The notes under the pieces were generated by a model that saw only the letters and a list, made by a program, of their open reading frames with translations, searched no databases and was not told where the DNA came from. DNA of 64,000 nt, from NCBI RefSeq assembly GCF_001194135.2, contig NC_068988.1, forward strand, positions 37,172,138-37,236,137, in the 5' to 3' direction. Every line of letters starts with the position of its first letter. Positions within the stretch are counted from its first letter, which is position 1. The translations under genes were made by a program, and so were the position numbers. Below are positions 14,090-23,436 of this stretch, in pieces. This stretch comes from Octopus bimaculoides. Its lineage: Eukaryota.

Positions 14090-15570
14090 ATAATAAACGT
14101 TTGGAAACTTTTACAGATTTTTACAGTTCCAGTGATGGATTGGATCTGTAGTCTTCGAATTAGCTTTCTCCTTTCTTGTTTTGAGAAGCCCAATTTCTCA
14201 AGACTGGTATTTAGGCAGTGTGTTACATATCTCAGGGCCCCAATAATTACAGGTATAAACCTCAATTTGTAATTTGGACATAGTAATTGCAGATTTCTTA
14301 ATAGTTCAGCATAGGTATTCTATTTTTCGTTGATCTTTAGCTTTGTTAACATCTTCTGGGCAGCTAATTTCCACAACTGTACACAGTTTCTCTTCCGTAC
14401 CCCAAATAATTATCTCAGATCTGTTGTGCTAACATTTTATTGAAGTCTTCATGGTACATTCCACCAGTACTCCATTGATTGGCTATGGCTTCTACCATAC
14501 TGTGGGCTCTTATTTATTTGTGCTTCCGACGGATTTCATTACAGAGTGTTCTAGTTACAACATTATGTTTCGTCTGTAGATAATACCGTGATGACATTTT
14601 CGGACAACTGCTTATCATGTGGGTGATATCTTCGGTGTTACTTCCACAAAGTCTGCATCGGTTATTACATTTTACTGATTTTCCTACATCTTTATCCCTT
14701 TTGTGCATCAGGTAGTTGGTTGATATTTCCTGTTCCTGGATTGCAAACGCATACTCTTCAAAGTGGGAGGTCGCAATCCGGTAATTGATAATGTTAGACT
14801 GCTTTGATGAGTAATATTACTATCATCTCGGAGCTTTCTACTAACAAATCCACACATAGTCTTCTACTCATATAGTCTCATCCTTTCCTGTGATGATACG
14901 TTACGGTAGAGTCGTGCGCCTTCACTGGACATGTATCCTAGGTTATCAGACTAAGAATGTTGCTCAAGGAACTGCCTTCCAAGTCTTATGAAGTTATCAG
15001 CCTCGTGTATGCAAACTTGGTCAAATGATGGACTTCGACACTTGGTGGTTAAAGGATGTTGCCGAAAGGATATGATACGACATTCAAAAGCATTTGGGAT
15101 CAACTTTAAGCCTCTACTACCTTGTTAGTATTTCTTGGGTATTCATATCAATGGCTCGCATCTCATCAGGCGTCCAATCTAGCAGCCCAGATGTTGGTAT
15201 AAGTACTGGCACTGCAAACACATTGTGGGCCACTGTCTTATTGAATGCAGAGAGGTCCAAATTTTCTTTATTCTGCTGTAATATGTTTTAGTGACACGTG
15301 TTTTGTTACAGGTGCCATTGTAAGATGTTTTCATCCAACTTTAGATACCTGTAACATTACTCGTCATATATAGAGGAAACAGTCAAATCATTGATGGAGA
15401 TGTTGCCATTCTGGTTTATAGTTTTTCCCCTTTTCACAGCCATATAATAACATTTATCCTGACCAAACTGTAACCCTACATCCTTTGAGAATGTTGTAAC
15501 TAGGTTAAGGCTCTTTTTCATCTCACATATTTTTTGCATAAAGTCTCAAGTCATCCACATAGGTAAATAT
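14090..15570 (-). mobile_element. R4/Dong-type (RLE) non-LTR retrotransposon, 5'-truncated and decayed
   Basis: Minus strand begins IFTYVDDLRL (RT catalytic motif at ~15541-15570), then TFSKDVGLQFGQDKC, the zinc knuckle CRLCGSNTEDITHMISSC…KHNVV, and the RLE-like NRSEIII…TVVEISCP region. Confidence 0.85.
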
Positions 15571-16248
15571 GTATGTATGTATGTATGTATGTATGAGCGA
15601 ATGACGGAATAGATGATATACTTGTGGTTGTCCATTGAATATAATAATGAACACCGCTTTCAAATGTCACCCTGTTTTGTCTGGACTTTCCAGTTATTGA
15701 TGTGCAGCTTCAATTGCTGATAACATATCGTATGTGTACTGTCGTTGGAATCTAAGTATTATTCTACAGGAATTACACTACAAGCGTCTTCTAGTATCCT
15801 TGGAGGTGTCACGTCATATCTTACAGCATTGACAACATTAAATGGGAGAGAGCTGGTTGCTGTTGCTGTCATTCTTCAATGTACTATTCAGCTCGTCTTT
15901 GCATTATTTCCTTGACACTTATGTTGTGTGATGTCCATAGTGTAACTAACACGAGAGGACCTACGAGGGAAATATCAGTCACTCATGTATAGTACATGTC
16001 CGATTCATCTCAGTTAATGTCAATATAGTGTGGATTCGCTGCCGCTGGTGCTGTCTTTGATGGGTATTATTGCATATTATTCTTAAATGAAGTATACTCT
16101 AAGGATCTACTAGAGACACTAGATACAAAGTGATTCTGAACTATTAATGTGTCGTCTGTATCTGGTCTATGCCACTCTTCCATACATGCGACTGGAATGT
16201 ATGACACATACGAACGTATTGTGGGAGGGGCGTGTGCGTGTGTGTGCG

Positions 16249-16288
<40 letters not shown>

Positions 16289-17917
16289 CGCGTGCATGCA
16301 GAATACTTATATCAAAAGATAACGCTGCCGTTATATACGAAACATATCTTCCCATGCTATTCCTAACATTGAGTTCTCTATGAATTAATGTTTGCATCAT
16401 GTATCACATATGCCAGTGTGCTTTACACAATTCTTTTCATTATGATGGAGATATATATGTATGTGTATTCTTCTTTGGAAATTATTTAATTACTTTCCCT
16501 ATTTTCAAAATTTAAACTGCTCCTAACAAAGTACCAGGCTCTTGCGGTTTGGCCAAAGCAACTCTTGTGGCTTATATGTAACTACATTGACTGGTCTGTG
16601 CATCTATGTGTGCGTATGCAAATGTGTGCGCACACGTACAAACGCGTGTGCATGTCAAAATTTATATACACGTGCATGTGCTTCATTACTGTTTGTATGT
16701 GTGGTCATGTCTATTTTGTATGTATATGTGAATGTGTCCATGCGTCCAGCGCAGGAATCTAAAAACGGAAATTCACTGAAATATTTAACAAATTTTCACT
16801 CCGCTTCTAATCGATTGTGTTTGAAAAATACAAGAAAATTTATTCTGTTCTTTTCGAAGAACCCTAATATCTCTAGGTTCTTCTACAAATTTGTTGTAAC
16901 CTATCTCAAAATACTAATGAAAATACAAGACCTGTATGCATATCATTATTACTGTTCTTGTTCTTCCAGCAATTTTCACGAGGCATTCACAGCTGCTAAG
17001 CTGTCCATCTTTACAACAGTACACGACTTTTGCTCCCTGCCCATAAAACTATATCTGACTTATTGTGCTTACAGTATGTTATTTTATTCTATGTGTGCAT
17101 ACATTCTATTTCTGTGGTACCTTTTGTATGACGGTAAGTACTCATTATAGAGAGGTTTACCAACAATGGCACCTTATATCATGCAAATATCTTTGGACAA
17201 ATGCTAAAGATATGTATGATGTCTTCCACGTTAGTATGACTAAATCGATATTTTCAATTACAACATGGAGGCCAGAAGTATCCTTATTTCAATAATTAAT
17301 GAGGTGGTTAGTAGCTATGTCTTTTTCCTGGAAAAGATGATGCGAGTATTTATCGCATGTACAGAAATTACTATCTCTATCTATATTGTTATCATCTACT
17401 GGTTTCGTAGATATGTAAATATGCGTAGCATTTTGCAAAAGCAGTGTGTATTCTTACCCCAAATATCTGTTTAATTTGCTCAACCAGCCACTCTTAACTC
17501 ACAATGAATACATGCACACTCGGAGTACTTGCTCAATTCTTCCCCTAAGCTAATTTTACTGTCATTATGGAACATAAATATAATTTATATTCTCTTAACT
17601 GTTCAGTAAATGTTGTCTCATTGATACGATGCAGTACTCAAATGCCATATGAACTAATCTTATGTATCAGCCTCCATCCCTCCTTTTAACACAGATTCTA
17701 GAAGTGTCACTGTTGATATGGATTATTACATCGATAAATTGCTATAATATTAAGTTCTCAATGATCCACTGAATTCCACTTAATTTCTAAGACCAACGTT
17801 TTATTTTAGCCTTTCCTGACATTCAGAAAAGCATGGGCACCATAATCTTGCGATACTTTTTCCTTTTGGTTTCCGTAGTATAATACCGATAATTATACAC
17901 TAGATATGAATATATAC

Positions 17918-17986
<69 letters not shown>

Positions 17987-18074
17987 GGAAGAATTCACAC
18001 AAAAACAAAAGACGAAGACAGATGGTGTAGACAATAAACAGATGTATTACTATAACGCTCGGGAAGTGAAAAAG

Positions 18075-18110
18075 TATTTAACATTTCGAGCCTATGCTCT
18101 TCTACAGAAG
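18075..18110 (-). ncRNA. Degenerate minimal hammerhead-like motif at PLE 3' end
   Basis: Minus strand CTT-CTGTAGA-A-GAGC-ATAG-GCTC-GAAA-TG-TT. Stem II is perfect and GAAA is intact, but the core reads CUGUAGA instead of CUGANGA and stem I does not pair well. Confidence 0.35.
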
Positions 18111-18679
18111 GGAACAAAGAAAGAAACAAGGAGAAACAAGGAGAAACAAGGAGAGAAAAACAAGAATATGTAGTGGCTGGTGATCTATCATAGCGAATGC
18201 CGGACAGAAGGGTTAGACAAGAGAGCTAGGAAGAAGGGGAGATAATAACGTAGTGGTGATCCCAAAACGAAGGTGCACGACAGTATAAGAGAGTTCCTAT
18301 GTGCGTGTGGAAGGGGCTGGTGATATTGACGTGTGCGTGTGTGTATGTGTAGGTGTGAAAATATGGGGCTGGGAATTGGTCAGTGCTGGTGTGTATGTGG
18401 TGGTGTGTTGTGATGTGATGTGTTGTGTGGCATGGTGTAATGGTATGTGATGTGGTGTGATGGTGTTAGGAGGTAGGGAGGTGACAGTGGGAAAAGCATT
18501 GGAGGGATGTGGGTTGGGCTGAGGGTGGGGGTAGAAGTGGGTATGTGGGAGTGGATGTAAGGGATAGGTTAAGGGATAGGTGTAAGGGATGGGAAAGATA
18601 GGGAAGGTGGAGTTGGAATGTGTAGGGGTAGGGTGGGCTTACGAGGGAGGGTTGACAATGAAGGGGGTAGGAGAAGATG

Positions 18680-18925
18680 GGTAGGAGTGAAGAGAAGAGA
18701 GAAAGAGAGTAGGAGTGAAGAGAAGAGAGAAAGAGAGTAGGAGTGAAGAGAAGAGAGAAAGAGAGTAGGAGTGAAGAGAAGTAGGAGTGAAGAGAAGTTN
18801 NNNNNNNNNGAAGAGAAGAGAGAAAGAGAGTAGGAGTGAAGAGAAGTAGGAGTGAAGAGAAGTTGGAGTGAAGAGAAGTAGGAGTGAAGAGAAGTAGGAG
18901 TGAAGAGAAGTAGGAGTGAAGAGGA
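18680..18925. repeat. Purine-rich minisatellite (GTAGGAGTGAAGAGAA)n with a 28-bp variant, inside the PLE
   Basis: Direct reading; a small N gap lies within it. Confidence 0.9.
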
Positions 18926-19396
18926 GTAGATGTCGAGCAAGAGAGGAGAGGTGGGTGGGAGGAATTAGGTGTGAGGGGGAGAAAAGCAAGGGTAGGAAGT
19001 TAGATGAAGAGGGGAGGAGCGTTGTATCCATGTGGCACAAAGGAGCGAAGGCGCAAGCGAGAGTCCGGATGGCCCCCGTGCAAGGACAATCCGAACACGG
19101 ACAGGTGTTGTAAAGAGTGACCGGTAGAGCGGAAATGGCGTGAGATCGGGGTGTCATTTCCGAATCGGATGTCTCGGAGGTGCTCCGCGAAGCGGTCAGC
19201 CAAGCGGCGTTCCGTTTGCCCGATGTATAGAGTAGGGCAGAAAGAGCAGGAGATGCAGTAGATGATATTGGTAGAAGTGCAGGTGAAGGAGTCGGTGATG
19301 TGATAGGCTCTATGTTGGGTGCCGGTGAAGAGGGTGGTGTTGGAGAGGTAAGGGCAAGTGCAGCAGCGTGGGCGGGAGCAGGGAAACGAGCAAGCT

Positions 19397-19429
<33 letters not shown>

Positions 19430-19442
19430 TATATCGTGAGGC

Positions 19443-19518
19443 GACAATTCAGCACCTGACAATTCAGCGCTAGATAATTCAGCACATAGACAATTCAGCG
19501 CATAGACAATTCAACACA
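19443..19518. repeat. Five copies of a ~15-bp unit GACAATTCAGC(A/G)C
   Basis: GACAATTCAGCACCT / GACAATTCAGCGCTA / GATAATTCAGCACATA / GACAATTCAGCGCATA / GACAATTCAACAC. Confidence 0.85.
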
Positions 19519-19858
19519 TGCCATCTAATTGAAGTTAGGTAAAGAGTATTTTGGGGATGAATAAAAAAAAAACAGGAAAAATTTCAATTATATTCAAAGA
19601 TAAAAAAATACAAAACGAATATAAAATACTAAATTATATACTTTGAAGCAGTAGTTAGCTAGTTAAATTTTCATAGGAGATTCATAAAGTGTAGTTATCT
19701 TTTCGCATGGGCCTGTGTATTATGTTTTTTTTTTTCTTGCTGATATTTGTTTCATGTATATGCATGCATTTTGTTTATGTATATTTAATATATCCTATGG
19801 TTGCTGTGTAGGCTGCATGTGCATGTGTTTTAGATATACAACCAACACCAATATAATG

Positions 19859-20247
19859 TATTGGGTTGTCAGGAAAGTTCGTGCCGATTTATAGTAGCTT
19901 ACCTTTCGACTTATTTTAGAACATGGTTGAGTCCATAAAATAGGATTTGACTTTAGTGCACAGTGTATGCTATCTTTTCCTTGAAGAAGGTTTATGTTCC
20001 TATAACCTGTGTTAATTCTGTAACCCTTTAAAATGGAAGATGAGAAAGTTCATTTTCAGCACTTGATGCTTTTCTTTTTCCGTAAAGGGAAAAATGCCCC
20101 ACAAGCAACCAAAGAAATAGGCGCAGTTTACGGTGATGTTTCTTTATCCGAAAGAACCGAACGGAAGTGGTCCACAAGGTTCCGATCTGGAGATTGTAGC
20201 CTTATTGATAAAGAGAGATCAGGCAGACCATCCACTACAGATGATGA
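19859..20247 (+). mobile_element. Mariner transposon 5' fragment (TIR plus N-terminal HTH)
   Basis: TA followed by TTGGGTTGTCAGGAAAGTTCGTGCCGATTT; ORF from 20033 MEDEKVHFQHLMLFFFRKGKNA…RKWSTRFRSGD…RSGRP is a mariner HTH. Broken by microsatellite and gap. Confidence 0.85.
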
Positions 20248-20671
20248 CCAAATCAAGTATATATATATCTATATCTATATATATGTATACATACATACAT
20301 ACATACATACATANNNNNNNNNNNNNNNNNNNNNNNNNNNNNNNNNNNNNNNNNNNNNNNNNNNNNNNNNNNNNNNNNNNNNNNNNNNNNNNNNNNNNNN
20401 NNNNNNNNNNNNNNNNNNNNNNNNNNNNNNNNNNNNNNNNNNNNNNNNNNNNNNNNNNNNNNNNNNNNNNNNNNNNNNNNNNNNNNNNNNNNNNNNNNNN
20501 NNNNNNNNNNNNNNNNNNNNNNNNNNNNNNNNNNNNNNNNNNNNNNNNNNNNNNNNNNNNNNNNNNNNNNNNNNNNNNNNNNNNNNNNNNNNNNNNNNNN
20601 NNNNNNNNNNNNNNNNNNNNNNNNNNNNNTGTGTGTGTGTGTGTATGTGTGTGTGTGTGCATGTATCAAGA

Positions 20672-21478
20672 TTTTGCTTCCCAACCACATGGTTCTGTGT
20701 TCAGTTCTACTGCGAGGCACCTTGGGCAGTTGTCATCTGCTATAGTCTCGAACCGACCAAAGCATTGTAAGTGGATTTGTAGACGGAAACTGAAAGAAAC
20801 ATGTCGTATGTTTGTGTGTGCGCGCGTGTGTGTGTGTGTGCGTGTGTGTGTATGTGTGCGCGTGTAGCTATGTAATTCTGTGTCTGAGTGTGTTTTGTTT
20901 GTCTCTCAGGAACATTTAACCTATTGGTGTATTTACACACCCAACTTTGCAGTTCGGCAAAGAAAACGATAGAATAAGTACCAGGTTTAAAAAATAAAAT
21001 GTTGATTCATTCGTTTAGAATTCATTACGTGGTGCCCCCGTGGAGGCGCAATGGCCCAGTGGTTAGGGCAGTGGTCTCGCGGTCATAGGATCGCGGTTTC
21101 GATTTCCAGACCGAGCGTTGTGAGTGTTTATTGAGCGATAACACCTAAAGCTCCACGAGGCTCCGGCAGGGAATGGTGGCGAACCCTGCTGTACTCTTTT
21201 GCCACAACTTTCTCTCACTCTTACTTCCTGTTTCTGTTGTGCCTGTAATTCAAAGGGTAAGCCTTGTCACACTGTGTCACGCTGAATATCCCCCCGAGAA
21301 CTACGTTTAGGGTACACGTGTCTGTGGAGTGCTCAGCCACTTGGACGTCAATTTCACGAGCAGGCTGTTCCGTTGATCGGATCAACTGGAACCCTCGACG
21401 TCGTAAGCGACGGAGTGCCAACACGTGGTGCCCCAACAAGGCTGCAGTTTAATGACTGAAACAAGTAAGAAGAGAAAC
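20672..21478 (+). mobile_element. CORE-like SINE with internal microsatellite, interrupted near its 3' end by a family-2 SINE
   Basis: GGCACCTTGGGCAGTTGTC core-like segment, GTAGACGGAAACTGAAAGAA, internal (GT)n; the tail GTGGTGCCCC…GCAGTTTAATGACTGAAACAAG resumes after 21422. Homologous to 26205-26688. Confidence 0.8.
21042..21422 (+). mobile_element. tRNA-derived SINE, family 2, full length with 12-bp TSD
   Basis: Head GGAGGCGCAATGGCCCAGTGGTTAGGGC…GGTTTCGATTTCC. TSD ACGTGGTGCCCC at 21027-21038 and 21423-21434. Closely matches 34394-34768. Confidence 0.9.
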
Positions 21479-21501
21479 AAAGATTAATATACATATATAT
21501 A

Positions 21502-22351
21502 CAGGGTCCGGTGAATATATTGTCAAAATTACGCAAAAATGAAAATAACACTGACGTCTCATTTTAACAGATATTTTCCAAAATTACATAAAAATATCTT
21601 GTCATTGGCTTTAACCACGGCCTCCAGACGACTTCGGAATCTCCTGCAACTCTTCTGGGCGGTCTCTTCCTTTAATTGGTGAATGTTGCCATAATACTTT
21701 CCTTCAGTTCATCTTTGGTGTAACAACGAGTTTTGTTGGTCCATCGCTCAACTGCGTCCCGCACGCAATTTTCAAGGAGGTTGCCGTCTGGGGAGTTAAG
21801 TGGCCAGATGTCATGGGTGATGTAGTCGCAGAAATTGTCTGACACACATGACTAGGATTCTCCTGTTCGTGTGGCATGATGCAGAGTCCTGTTGCCAGAC
21901 AGGGATTTCCAGCAGCCACCCTCTTCACCACCCAAGGCAACATTATCTTCTCCAGGCACTTGGTGTAGGCCTCCGTGCTGAGTCTGAGGCCATGTGAGAA
22001 GATGGATGGTGTCATAACGTGGCCATCACTAGTGATCACTCCAAACTCCATGATGTTGGCTGGACGTATGATTTTTATCACTCTCGGTACACGTCCGCAG
22101 ATTGCACTGTCCTCAGATTGACACCCAAACACATTGAAATGTTCGTATTGCAGTTCAGGGTGCGAATGCCAAGCAGTACAGCATGTCGTTTTCAAATTTC
22201 TCCGAGAGTGAATTGCATAAGTTGCTGTTTTTCTCACAGACGGTATCCAACTGAACCTACTATACTGTGTAGTCGGCAAAATCAAAAGCAAACAATGCGC
22301 ATGCGCGAAATAAAAAATATAGAATGGCGACAATTTACTCATCACACCCTG
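21502..22351 (-). mobile_element. Internally deleted Tc1/mariner-superfamily transposon (maT/DD37D-like by my reading)
   Basis: TA TSDs at 21500-21501 and 22352-22353; imperfect TIRs CAGGGTCCGGTGAATATATTGTC / CAGGGTGTGATGAGTAAATTGTC. Minus ORF includes PANIMEFGVITSDGHVMTPSIF…GLRLSTEAY…LPWV…RVAAG (DDE-region homology, frameshifted). About 850 bp long. Confidence 0.8.
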
Positions 22352-22665
22352 TATTTATGTATATATGTATATATATTATTATAAAATATGGTAATTAATC
22401 ATATATTAATTAATATCGATTAATTACCAGGAAGCTAGCACATTTAAAGAATCAAAGAGATTCCGAAATAATATCTGCAATCTAAGGGGATTAAAGTACA
22501 TTTTTATATATAGTGTTGACCACTAACGTGGACAATCAATGTGCTAGAAATAGATCACGTCTTGTGTTTATTGAGACCTAAATTTTTCTCAACATGAAAT
22601 ATAGCGTAATACCAAAACGTAAGCGGGCAAGGCATTTAAAATTACCGAAAAAAACACACAAAATT

Positions 22666-22728
22666 AACCAGGGACCGGTTTCGGATTTAACGAATCTTAC
22701 CGATTGTCTATTCCTCTTCAGCCTGATT
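22666..22728 (-). ncRNA. Type I hammerhead ribozyme, intact core
   Basis: Exact reverse complement of 23179-23241. Confidence 0.8.
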
Positions 22729-23178
22729 TGTAATGTAACCGCAATTATCAGAATCGTATACAAAGTTGCCCACCGCCACACGTGCGCGTGTATATGGTTC
22801 TGCTAATTGCAGCTTAATGGTACACGTTAGTGGTCAACACTATATATAAAAATGTACTTTAATCCCCTGAGATTGCAGATATTATTTCGGAATCTCTTTG
22901 ATTCTTTAAATGTGCTAGCTTCCTGGTAATTAATCGATATTAATTAATATATGATTAATTACCATATTTTATAATAATATATTACCCATTACCCTTTTCT
23001 CATACTGGATATATACGACGCAGTAAATATTTTCTGCAAACATATTCCTGAAATTAGCGCGCCAAAACGAAGACTTTTGAATTTTACCATTAAGCTGCAA
23101 TTAGCAGAACCATATACACGCGCACCAATGGGGGTGGGCAACTTTGTATACGATTCTGATGATTGCGGTTGCATTACA

Positions 23179-23241
23179 AATCAGGCTGAAGAGGAATAGA
23201 CAATCGGTAAGATTCGTTAAATCCGAAACCGGTCCCTGGTT
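23179..23241 (+). ncRNA. Type I hammerhead ribozyme, intact core
   Basis: Stem I AATCAGG (23179-23185) pairs with CCTGGTT (23235-23241). Core CTGAAGA (23186-23192); stem II GGA…TCC, extendable by AATC/GATT; GAAA (23225-23228); palindromic CCGG; then TC, with predicted cleavage after C23234. Confidence 0.8.
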
Positions 23242-23402
23242 AATTTTGTGTGTTTTTTTCGGTAATTTTAAATGTCTTGACCGTTTACGTTTTGGTATTA
23301 CGCTATATTTCATGTTGAGAAAAATTTAGGTCTTAATAGACACAAGATGTGATCTATTTCTAGCACATTGATTGTCCACGTTAGTGGTCAACACTATATA
23401 TG

Positions 23403-23436
<34 letters not shown>

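Larger units (their letters stand above)
17990..19395 (-). mobile_element. Penelope-like element 3' fragment (GIY-YIG domain plus pLTR-like 3' region)
   Basis: Minus strand reads TCTSTNIIYCISCSFCPTLYIGQTERRLADRFAEHLRDIR…ISRHF (GIY-YIG of PLEs). HHR-like motif near its 3' end; (TA)n or (TA)n(GT)n at both flanks. Confidence 0.85.
22371..23400. mobile_element. Non-coding inverted/permuted repeat A-B-A'-C-B'-a' carrying two hammerhead ribozymes (retrozyme-like)
   Basis: A 22371-22530 vs A' 22823-22982: inverted, 1 mismatch in 160. B 22531-22822 vs B' 23085-23376: inverted, 12 mismatches in 292. 24-bp direct repeat CACGTTAGTGGTCAACACTATATA at 22823 and 23377. TA-rich microsatellite at both outer ends. 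Confidence 0.8.

Noticed and set aside
16542-17150. 202-aa plus-strand ORF
   Set aside because: Starts at a non-ATG codon, runs through (GT/CA)-rich low-complexity sequence, and has no recognisable domain.
19443-19518. CRISPR-like appearance of short regular repeats here and at 55436-55545
   Set aside because: No unique spacers, eukaryotic context, no cas genes.
22578-23329. Two pairs of near-identical short ORFs on opposite strands
   Set aside because: They simply reflect the B/B' inverted duplication; no protein similarity recognised.
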